Virus record (IMG/VR): IMGVR_UViG_3300006927_000070
Location: 1-25,567 of that record
Length of the DNA: 25,567 bases
Reading direction: 5' to 3' (one strand)
From: a virus
Taxonomy: Duplodnaviria > Caudoviricetes
The notes beneath the pieces were generated by a model. It was not told the DNA's origin. It saw only the letters and a program-made list of their open reading frames with translations, and did no database searches. A program made the translations under genes and the position numbers. Below, in pieces: positions 1 to 8,111 of this stretch; positions within the stretch are counted from its first letter, which is position 1, and the number at the start of each line of letters is the position of its first letter.

Positions 1-150
1 CCATCAAGAGCTGCAGATTTAGTACAAGCTTATGATCAAACTACAAATACTGTATATCCAGTATCAAATACTCAATCATTTATAGCATCAAGTAATCAAA
101 ATATAGGTGATTATAATAGATCTATTAGAAGTCATCAAAGTGCGGGGTAA
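1..150 (+). CDS. 3' end of a gene truncated by the window edge, possibly tape measure protein
   Basis: Frame 1 is open from base 1 to TAA at 148-150 (PSRAADLVQAYDQTTNTVYPV...HQSAG). Identity is inferred only from its position before Dit-like and hub genes. Confidence 0.45.
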   Translation, partial: PSRAADLVQAYDQTTNTVYPVSNTQSFIASSNQNIGDYNRSIRSHQSAG

Positions 151-156
151 TAAATA

Positions 157-612
157 ATGGCATTACAAGTATGTTTATATGACGGTGGATCAATAAGATA
201 TGCATTAAAAGCAGATTCTTTTTCTATTAACTATGTAAAAACACCTATTCAAACACCTCTTCCACAAGGTGCAGATCCTGTTGTTTTAGATTTTGGACAT
301 TTAAGACCAACTATAACTATTAGTGGACTTGTAGATACAACGGCTCCCGGAAGTGTGGAAAATGTATCTGGTCCAAATAAAGGTAGTAGTACAACTTATA
401 CAGTTCCTAGTAAAGCTTTATTAGAAGATTTTGTAACCACCAAATTTTATGATTCTAGTAGTCAAATAGTACAGATAATGCTTTCTGACGGCTCATCTTC
501 TGCTGTAGCAACTTATGATGCAGCTATTTCACAAGCAAGATTTGATTTAGCTCCGGCTACTGAAGATAGATTTAGTTTTACTTTGGTATTATTAACCAAG
601 AAAAGGAGTTAA
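157..612 (+). CDS. Putative distal tail (Dit)/tube-fold tail protein
   Basis: 151 aa, beta-rich pattern (PLPQG..VLDFG..RPTITISG; RFSFTLVL), located between a probable TMP and the hub/spike gene. Confidence 0.5.
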   Translation: MALQVCLYDGGSIRYALKADSFSINYVKTPIQTPLPQGADPVVLDFGHLRPTITISGLVDTTAPGSVENVSGPNKGSSTTYTVPSKALLEDFVTTKFYDSSSQIVQIMLSDGSSSAVATYDAAISQARFDLAPATEDRFSFTLVLLTKKRS

Positions 613-615
613 AAA

Positions 616-3600
616 ATGACCCTTACCACCTTTGAACAAAAAGCTTCAAAAGTATACGCTTGGGTACAAGTGGGTGAACTTAATGACACGTCAGATGATG
701 GGGGTGATGGAGCTAACACTGGTATATCTAATTCTAGAACAGGTATAACAGTTAGAAACACTAGATTTAATGGTGAAGCTAATTCTATTGGACATAGAAT
801 AGAAGAAGGAATGGAAGTTCTTATAGATTCAGAAATTATGAAAGTTACAGATTGTGATAGTAGAACAGATACTGAAATAACTGTAACAAGAGGTGAGCAT
901 ACTCATGCTAAAATAGGTAGTATAGGGGGTGCTGCAGCAGCACATTTAACAGGGGCTGCTATTTATGCGTGGTCTGAATTAAAAGATTTAGCTACCGGGG
1001 CACCTTTAATTCAACATTTAACTATTACTGAATCAGTATATGAACCAACCATGCTTGAATTAACTTTAAGTCATCCTCCTCAAACAACTAGATATGGTGT
1101 AGGAACTTTAGAGGGGTTAATAAAAGAAAGAACTCCTTTAAAAGTAGTTGAAGGAGAAAATTTTTCTGTATTATTTAGAGGTAATATAAATCGTATTACT
1201 AGACAACATGCATTAGAAGAGGGAAATACTTTAGATGTTGTAGCTTTTGATAATTTATATGAGTTTGGTAGAAGTAAAATAGGTGGGGCTGATGCTGATG
1301 TAAAAATAAACGGTTCGGGAGGTGGTGTTGTATCTGTAGCTGATGGAGGATTAAATCAATCAGTAGGTAGTGTATATCTAGTTTCAGATGTAATTAAAGC
1401 TTATATTCAAAGATTTCAAAAAGGTGGATCAGCAAGTACACTAGGAGTAGGTGAGAATATTACAACTGCAGAAACTGTATCAGGTAGTTCAGCAAGATTT
1501 GAAACTTCCGCAGCTACTAAAGAAAGTAATAATGTTAATACTACTGTTAATTTAGGTACAAGTAATACCAGTGTATTACGAGGTATAACTCGATTAGCGA
1601 TGTCAGATAGTCATGTAAACGGTGTTAAATTTGGATATAATTATTATTTAGATCCGAATAATACGAGTTTTTCTACAGGACATAAATCTGTCCCAGTATT
1701 TAATTATTTTAAATCTAGTTTTATGCCAGCTCCGTCTCAACATACTTCACCTAATACTTCTACTATGAATATTGATTATGATAAATCTGGTGGAGTTACT
1801 CAAAATAGTGATACTAGATTAATGAAACCCGGAGCTTCTTTTGATGCTATAGATGTAGACAGAATAAATACAATAAATGTACGTTATAGAAGTCCTCATT
1901 CAGGAGATTTACAAGAAATTGAGTTTGAAATATTTCATTATGATAAAATTAAAAATACTAATAATAGATTAGATTCAGCATATAGTTCAACTTCTGGAGG
2001 TAAAGAGTTTATAGCTCCAAAATTTTCTATTGCATCTGCTGATGGAGGAAGTACAGCCCTTTCTCCAGATGTAGTAGGAGTTGATGATCCTTTATTAAGA
2101 GTTACTGGAACAATTACTGAGTGGCAAAGTAGAGTAGTAGATGAAAATGATAATATAATAGGGTATTTACAATTTATAAGTAATCAATGGGGAGCGTATA
2201 GTGCTGATGATGAATCCGATACAGTGGGATTTGCATTATTATCAGGTACAAGTACACGAAGAGCTAACTCTGATGTAGCAGCGGAGGAAAAATTATATTT
2301 AAATAAATATGCAAATAATGATTATATTCAATTAACAGCAGTAACTGATCCAGCAGCTCCAAATTCTTATCGCCCTCAAGCAGCTGCAAATGAAAAAATT
2401 ATGGTTAATTTAGATGTCGGATTTATTGATAATTTTAATGATATTAGACAAGCTGTAGCAGCTAAATTTTCTCAAGCTCAAGCTTCTAAAATAAGAGGTA
2501 GATTTCAAGTAGATGGTAAATATCCAACCACCTGTTTTGATCAACAAGCATTAGGTGCAGACACAATAGGAACTACAACTGATGCGTCATATACAATAAC
2601 TGAATTTACTGATGCTAGTAGAGGAGCTGGGCTACAAGAACATGGAAATTTAGGACATTCAGTTTCAACATATTCATCGTTAGGTTTACGAGCTGGGCAT
2701 AGTATAGCTAAATTAACTGGAGCTAATGGAACAGTTGATACTCATGGATACTTAGCAAGAGTATCTAATACTAATACTGGAGTTGATCTGACTTTTAAAT
2801 TAAATTCAGGAACAATATCTGCTGATGATTATTTTAGATTACATGTGCCTGTAAGAGCAGGACATGTAATTAATGTTGAATCAGGATTCCATAATATAGC
2901 TATTACTACAGGAGGTACGTGTGTAGTAACTTCTTTAGTATATTATGAATCAGGTGAAAGATCATATACAGATTTTGAGACTTTAGGATTAAGTCAAGCA
3001 GCTACTCAAGAAGTAATCGCTTCTCCTAGACCATTAGGAAATAATTTAGATGATTATACAGATGATGATTATAAACAATTTAGTGAAATTTTTACTCAAC
3101 AGGGAGTAGCGGTTCCTCCTTTGTTTACAGGATCAATTATGCCGGGAATCACTTCAGCTCCTACACAAAGAACGGGTTATGCAATACGTTGGACTAAAGG
3201 TATTTTGTATTACGGAGGTCGCCAATATGGTATAGCTGCTGGAGATTCATCTTCATTAGCAATGTCTACTGCTGATACTGATAATGATGGATTATCTGAT
3301 ACACAATATATATTATTTTTTGAACCCGGTGCTAGTAAAACTGCTTTTCAATTTAATACCTCATTGCATTTTGAGCGAAGAAATGAAAGTGAAGGTAGAT
3401 CTACGGCTGCTGTACATACTAGACCTTATTCAAGTAGAAGATTAAAAATTGCAACATGTTGGTCATCAAAATCAAATGCTCACGCTACTGCTTCTACAGA
3501 AGGGGCTTTAGTTAAAATATTTCCGGCTATACAGTTAGGAATGTCTAGACTACAAGATGATAGTACAAATTATTCAAGTGTAACTCAAGACACTGGTCCT

Positions 3601-4077
3601 ATTCCTCCAATGATAATAGGTGGAAGAATGTTATCAGGAGATGTAGCACATCATTGGCAACCAACTGAAGACGATACATATAACTTAGGTATTGCAACAG
3701 GAGGTTCTGGAAGCACTGCCTTTAGATGGAAGCAATTAATTGCAGGAACAACAACAATTTCAACATCAGATGCAAGAGAAAAAATAAATATTAAAGATAA
3801 CAATTTAGGTTTAGATTTTATAAATGACTTAAGACCCGTATCTTTTGAGTGGCAGAATCCTAAAAAAACGGGGTCAGTTCATAGAGGTATTGTTGCTCAA
3901 GAAGTTGTCGAGGTTTTAAAAAAATATGGTATAAATGATTTAAGTGAATTTGCTGCGATTACTAAACTTGGAGATAGTTATGGGGCAAGATATGAAGAAT
4001 TTGTAGCTCCATTGATTAAGGCAATTCAAGAACTATCTGCGAAAGTAGAACAGTTAGAAAATGAAGCCGAAGAATAA
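616..4077 (+). CDS. Tail hub/central spike protein with C-terminal peptidase S74 intramolecular chaperone
   Basis: SD AGGAG upstream. N-terminal IDSEIMKVT..ITVTRG..AAAH module; hub-like LFRGNINRI..LDVVAFD; C-terminal S74 signature SDAREK..LRPVSFEW..GIVAQEV..YEEFVAPLIKAIQEL with terminal coiled coil. Confidence 0.85.
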   Translation: MTLTTFEQKASKVYAWVQVGELNDTSDDGGDGANTGISNSRTGITVRNTRFNGEANSIGHRIEEGMEVLIDSEIMKVTDCDSRTDTEITVTRGEHTHAKIGSIGGAAAAHLTGAAIYAWSELKDLATGAPLIQHLTITESVYEPTMLELTLSHPPQTTRYGVGTLEGLIKERTPLKVVEGENFSVLFRGNINRITRQHALEEGNTLDVVAFDNLYEFGRSKIGGADADVKINGSGGGVVSVADGGLNQSVGSVYLVSDVIKAYIQRFQKGGSASTLGVGENITTAETVSGSSARFETSAATKESNNVNTTVNLGTSNTSVLRGITRLAMSDSHVNGVKFGYNYYLDPNNTSFSTGHKSVPVFNYFKSSFMPAPSQHTSPNTSTMNIDYDKSGGVTQNSDTRLMKPGASFDAIDVDRINTINVRYRSPHSGDLQEIEFEIFHYDKIKNTNNRLDSAYSSTSGGKEFIAPKFSIASADGGSTALSPDVVGVDDPLLRVTGTITEWQSRVVDENDNIIGYLQFISNQWGAYSADDESDTVGFALLSGTSTRRANSDVAAEEKLYLNKYANNDYIQLTAVTDPAAPNSYRPQAAANEKIMVNLDVGFIDNFNDIRQAVAAKFSQAQASKIRGRFQVDGKYPTTCFDQQALGADTIGTTTDASYTITEFTDASRGAGLQEHGNLGHSVSTYSSLGLRAGHSIAKLTGANGTVDTHGYLARVSNTNTGVDLTFKLNSGTISADDYFRLHVPVRAGHVINVESGFHNIAITTGGTCVVTSLVYYESGERSYTDFETLGLSQAATQEVIASPRPLGNNLDDYTDDDYKQFSEIFTQQGVAVPPLFTGSIMPGITSAPTQRTGYAIRWTKGILYYGGRQYGIAAGDSSSLAMSTADTDNDGLSDTQYILFFEPGASKTAFQFNTSLHFERRNESEGRSTAAVHTRPYSSRRLKIATCWSSKSNAHATASTEGALVKIFPAIQLGMSRLQDDSTNYSSVTQDTGPIPPMIIGGRMLSGDVAHHWQPTEDDTYNLGIATGGSGSTAFRWKQLIAGTTTISTSDAREKINIKDNNLGLDFINDLRPVSFEWQNPKKTGSVHRGIVAQEVVEVLKKYGINDLSEFAAITKLGDSYGARYEEFVAPLIKAIQELSAKVEQLENEAEE

Positions 4078-4513
4078 AGTTGTTAGACTACGGGAAAGAA
4101 ATCCCTTTATGTCAACAGCTGAAATTGCCAAACAAGTTGGCATAACTAGGCAATATGCTAGAGAAGTTTTATTGAAAAATAATCTGCAAACTAACCCGCC
4201 TAAACCTAAACGTGTGGTATACTGTAAAGTATGCACAGAAATAACTACTGATCGTGGTGGAATCCATAAAGGAAACTGCTCCTTTAAGTGGAAATTTAAA
4301 AGACTTGAATGTTCTTGGTGTTCAGTTCCTTTTTATAGAACTAGAAAACGTATAAAACATGGATACAAATTAAAATTAAAAAATGTATACTGTTCACAGC
4401 AATGTTATCAGGATAAGAGGAAAGACGATAGTGAAAATAGACAACGATTTAATTTTAAAATGGGAACCGAAGATAAACAGGATGGTATCGAACATTTATA
4501 TACAGGGTTATGA
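4061..4513 (+). CDS. HTH plus zinc-finger DNA-binding protein (putative regulator)
   Basis: HTH NPFMSTAEIAKQVGITRQYAREVL, followed by CKVC..HKGNC and CSWC..YCSQQC metal-binding motifs. Confidence 0.7.
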   Translation: MKPKNKVVRLRERNPFMSTAEIAKQVGITRQYAREVLLKNNLQTNPPKPKRVVYCKVCTEITTDRGGIHKGNCSFKWKFKRLECSWCSVPFYRTRKRIKHGYKLKLKNVYCSQQCYQDKRKDDSENRQRFNFKMGTEDKQDGIEHLYTGL

Positions 4514-4976
4514 TAGAGATGACTTATCCCAAGAATTACGTTTAATTGTTATAAAAGCTGCTAAATTATATAACCCTAATAGAAATGCCATTTTTCATAC
4601 TTATTTACATACTGCTATGGCAAATAGGCTTAAAACTTTATGGGTTCAAGCAAGTAAAAAACTACAAAGTTATAGTTTAGACATGCAATCTGATTCAGGT
4701 GATGACAATTCTTATAAATTAAGTGACTTTGTAAAACAATTAGATAACAATTTAGATGAAGTAGATTTTATTGATTGGATAGATTCGTTAGACTTAGATC
4801 AGGGAGAAAAACAATTCCTTACAAATAAACTACAAAACCACACTATGAAAGACATTGAAGAGAAATTAAAAAAGATTTCTGATAAAAAGATAGTCAATGG
4901 AGAAGAAAGTGTGGTAAACTACTCAATATACAAAGTAAAAAAATCACTTAGAAATAAGTTAAACGAAGAGAAGTAG
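4431..4976 (+). CDS. Phage-encoded sigma-70 family (SigH/ECF-like) sigma factor
   Basis: Region 2 pattern DRDDLSQELRLIVIKAAKLYNPNRNAIFHTYLHTAMANRL; region 4-like HTMKDIEEKL..IYKVKKSLRNKL. Start moved to the in-frame GTG at 4431, which follows AGAGGA. Confidence 0.8.
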   Translation: MKIDNDLILKWEPKINRMVSNIYIQGYDRDDLSQELRLIVIKAAKLYNPNRNAIFHTYLHTAMANRLKTLWVQASKKLQSYSLDMQSDSGDDNSYKLSDFVKQLDNNLDEVDFIDWIDSLDLDQGEKQFLTNKLQNHTMKDIEEKLKKISDKKIVNGEESVVNYSIYKVKKSLRNKLNEEK

Positions 4977-4978
4977 TA

Positions 4979-6217
4979 TTGGAAAATTTTAATTTTATCG
5001 AGTCTGGAGTTATTTTCAGTTTGTGTGATTCGGGGAATTTCAAGAATTTTACTTATTCCCCAAAAGATTTTGCAGAGCATGGAGAAACCTACAAATTTAT
5101 TCAACAATATATTGATGAATATTCAGACTTCCCCACACCAGAAATTTTATTAGAGAAATTTGACACTCTTAAATCTGAAGCCCAATCCGTTAATTTTAAT
5201 TATGCATTAAATGAATTTGGTAAACAAGTTATGTTTAGGAATATTGTTAATGCTTTTGATTCAAATCAATTAATGTTAGATGATAATCCTAAAAAAGCAT
5301 TAGGAATGATTATGGATGATCTAAATGATGTAGAGATATTACATGATGAAGATGTTAATCAATATGATAATGGTGGCTTAGATAGATACGAAGAGTGGCA
5401 AAGAAGAAGTTCTATTAGAAAAATGGGGGATGGTTTAATAGGTATACGGACTCCTTTCCATATGATTAATGCAGCAGGTGTTGGATGGCAAGCTGGAGAT
5501 TTAATTACTGCTTATGCTAGACCGACAGTAGGAAAAACATGGTTATGTTGTAAACTTGCCTCAGATGCGATAAGAAGTGGTTATAAAACTTTACTTGTAT
5601 CTACTGAAATGACTTCTTCAGCTATTGCTTTGAGAATGGATGTATTACTTGGGCAATCATTAGGATATAAATTATCTCATAGTGCTTTACGAAATGGTAG
5701 AGCTATAGATGAAAATGAGTATAAAAAATTTCTAACGGAAGTTAATTTTAAAAATTTACTAGTATGCGATCATATTAGTGGAGAAGATAGTATCTCTTTA
5801 CCTAGTATCACGAATTTAGTACGGAAGTATAGTCCGGATGTACTTATTATTGATGGAGTATATTTAATTTCTACTGCTGATAGGAATAAAGCAGCTTGGG
5901 AACAATCTCATTCTTTATTTTATGGGTTAAAAACTATGGCATTATCTACAAATACAACAGTTATAGCCTCAACTCAAGCAACAAGAGATGCCTCAAATAT
6001 GTATAATCAACCAACTGCAGGACAAGTAGCCTTTGGAGATGCTTTAATTAGAGCTTCAGATGTAGCTATATCAATGTGTATGATTGAAGATGAGCCACAA
6101 CTAAGAGAAATAATGTTTCAAAAATATAGAGATGGAGATTTAGGAGCTTCAACTACTGAATTTATTTGGGATGTAGATAAAGGTAGAATAGAGGAGAATC
6201 ATGACACGCTTAATTAA
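4979..6217 (+). CDS. dnaB: DnaB-like (SF4) replicative helicase
   Basis: Walker A ARPTVGKT, STEM, Walker B LIIDG, TQATR, KYRDG arginine-finger motif; TTG start. Confidence 0.93.
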   Translation: MENFNFIESGVIFSLCDSGNFKNFTYSPKDFAEHGETYKFIQQYIDEYSDFPTPEILLEKFDTLKSEAQSVNFNYALNEFGKQVMFRNIVNAFDSNQLMLDDNPKKALGMIMDDLNDVEILHDEDVNQYDNGGLDRYEEWQRRSSIRKMGDGLIGIRTPFHMINAAGVGWQAGDLITAYARPTVGKTWLCCKLASDAIRSGYKTLLVSTEMTSSAIALRMDVLLGQSLGYKLSHSALRNGRAIDENEYKKFLTEVNFKNLLVCDHISGEDSISLPSITNLVRKYSPDVLIIDGVYLISTADRNKAAWEQSHSLFYGLKTMALSTNTTVIASTQATRDASNMYNQPTAGQVAFGDALIRASDVAISMCMIEDEPQLREIMFQKYRDGDLGASTTEFIWDVDKGRIEENHDTLN

Positions 6218-6422
6218 TACTAAATGTGGTAAATGTTCTGAGGGTGGTAAATTAAGAGTAGGTAAAACTATAATTGATATGTATTCATTATTAAAAAAAG
6301 AAGTATTAGGATTAGTGCGTAACGATCCTTATTGTTTTCAGTGTGGCACAACTTTTCCAGATGGATTTTGGAAGGAGGAAAATGGGTATCTCTACAGGGT
6401 ATATCTCCCGAAGTTTAAATAA
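6201..6422 (+). CDS. Small zinc-ribbon protein
   Basis: CGKC...CFQCG; SD GAGGAG upstream; lies between helicase and primase. Confidence 0.65.
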   Translation: MTRLINTKCGKCSEGGKLRVGKTIIDMYSLLKKEVLGLVRNDPYCFQCGTTFPDGFWKEENGYLYRVYLPKFK

Positions 6423-6423
6423 T

Positions 6424-7299
6424 ATGATTAATTCAATAGATTGGACACAAGCACTACTTAATTTAGGCATAGATGTGCCTGTAGGTAATGAAGAAATATC
6501 TATATTATGTCCTTTTCATAATGATACAACAGAATCTTGTTCAATAAATACAGACAAAGGTGTATGGATTTGTTTTGCTGGATGTGGGCAGGGAAGTTTA
6601 AAAAATTTCATACAACAATATATGGAGTGGGATTTTCAACAAGTCAATTTATATATTACTGATTATAAAAATACAATTAAAAGTAATATATTTAATATAC
6701 CATCATTCACTATCGAAGATTTATCATTACCTGAAGTATCTATACCATATAAATCTGGTAGTGTACCTAGATGGATATTTGACAGGGGTTTTAATAAAAC
6801 TACTATGCGTAAATGGAATTGTAGTATAACTCCTTCTAATGGTTTAGTAATTCCAATTCAAGATAAAGATTCTAGAACTGTAGGTTGGATTACTAGACAA
6901 GAAAAAATGATACCTAAATATTTATATTCAAAAGGACTTAAAAAGTCTTACGTATTATTTGGTCAATCATACATACAACCTTGTGATGCAGTGTGTATAA
7001 CAGAAGGTACTTTGGATACTATGTGGTTAGATCAATTAGGATTTCCATCTGTTTCATTACTTGGAATGAGTATGTCTAATAGACAACGTGATTTATTATT
7101 GACATTGCCTACTAAAGAGATTATACTATGTTTAGATAATGATGAAGCGGGGCAAATAGGTAAACAAAGAGCTATGAAATTATTAGGTAATAAAATCAAA
7201 GTTTCTTATATTAATATACCTAAAGAATATAAAGATGTGCAAGATATCAAATCTTATGATATAATTAATAATATAATTAATAATAAAAAATATTGGTAA
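6424..7299 (+). CDS. dnaG: DnaG-type DNA primase (CHC2 zinc finger + TOPRIM)
   Basis: CPFHND..CFAGC zinc finger, PKYLYS, TOPRIM ITEGTLD and LDNDEAG. Likely start is ATG 6424, right after the upstream stop. Confidence 0.92.
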   Translation: MINSIDWTQALLNLGIDVPVGNEEISILCPFHNDTTESCSINTDKGVWICFAGCGQGSLKNFIQQYMEWDFQQVNLYITDYKNTIKSNIFNIPSFTIEDLSLPEVSIPYKSGSVPRWIFDRGFNKTTMRKWNCSITPSNGLVIPIQDKDSRTVGWITRQEKMIPKYLYSKGLKKSYVLFGQSYIQPCDAVCITEGTLDTMWLDQLGFPSVSLLGMSMSNRQRDLLLTLPTKEIILCLDNDEAGQIGKQRAMKLLGNKIKVSYINIPKEYKDVQDIKSYDIINNIINNKKYW

Positions 7300-7309
7300 C
7301 GGAGGATAT

Positions 7310-8041
7310 ATGTCAGGAATCAGTATGATACAAAATAATATAACAAGTAGAGAAACTAGGTCTGCTCAAGCTGCCGCAGCTAATGGTAAGGAAGTTTGGT
7401 TAAAAGATGGAGATCAAGTTTTTATGAAATCTATGGCTACAGGAGAAGAAGGTGATATACATATGGAAGAATTTTATGTATATGAATTTCAACAGGGAGC
7501 TGATAGAGGTTGGACAAGTGTACTAGTTGAAAATGGAGAACCAGTTGATTCTGTTCCAAGTGAAGCTATGGTGCATGAGGATGGTCGAAGGAAAGCTCCA
7601 AAACACAAGTTCGCACTTTGGGGGTATGTAACTGAAATATTGCATACAGAACAAAGAGTAGACTCTTGGGAACAAATAACTAGTCCGTCTGGTTCAAAGC
7701 TTTATAAAGAAACAGTTAATGATTTTAAAGTATTAACTCTATCTTTTGGAGCACAAAATAGTAATTGGAATCAATTCGTAGATATATACGAAGATGATGG
7801 TTCGTTGGATAAAAATGTTATAAGAGTGAGAAGAAGAGGTACAAGCCTAGACACTACTTATACAATTACTTCTACATCAGGTGATTTAGATTTACCTGAA
7901 GATAAACAAGCAGAAGTAAAAAATCTTACTCCAATAAAAGAGTATGTAGGTCAAAGATATGGTACTTTAGAAACAGAAACAGATGCAGTACCATCTGATG
8001 CTGTAGCTATTGATAACGATGATGACGACTCTTTATTCTAG
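7310..8041 (+). CDS. Single-stranded DNA-binding protein (T4 gp32-like)
   Basis: Between primase and polymerase; RRRGTSLDTTYTI motif; acidic tail ending in a hydrophobic residue (DNDDDDSLF); SD GGAGGA. Confidence 0.75.
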   Translation: MSGISMIQNNITSRETRSAQAAAANGKEVWLKDGDQVFMKSMATGEEGDIHMEEFYVYEFQQGADRGWTSVLVENGEPVDSVPSEAMVHEDGRRKAPKHKFALWGYVTEILHTEQRVDSWEQITSPSGSKLYKETVNDFKVLTLSFGAQNSNWNQFVDIYEDDGSLDKNVIRVRRRGTSLDTTYTITSTSGDLDLPEDKQAEVKNLTPIKEYVGQRYGTLETETDAVPSDAVAIDNDDDDSLF

Positions 8042-8060
8042 AGCATCAACCTCCATAACA

Positions 8061-8100
8061 GCAGACTCTCCGGATTTAAATGTCCTTCCGGGGAGTTTGC
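8061..8100 (+). promoter_or_regulatory. 14-bp stem-loop between ssb and polA
   Basis: GCAGACTCTCCGGA (8061-8074) pairs with TCCGGGGAGTTTGC (8087-8100) with two G-U pairs and a 12-nt loop. No U-tract follows. Confidence 0.7.
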
Positions 8101-8111
8101 ATAATTTACCT

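Noticed and set aside
148-618. In-frame arrangement of the first three tail ORFs suggesting stop read-through
   Set aside because: Stops are TAA (doubled at 148-153), the spike gene has its own SD, and no read-through signal is visible.
8061-8110. Rho-independent terminator call for the ssb-polA hairpin
   Set aside because: No U-tract on either strand and a 12-nt loop; kept as a regulatory hairpin instead.
8010-8111. ORF-track N-terminal extensions of polA (8010), primase (6343) and sigma (4383)
   Set aside because: They overlap upstream genes or the hairpin and precede the first conserved motifs; downstream starts fit better.
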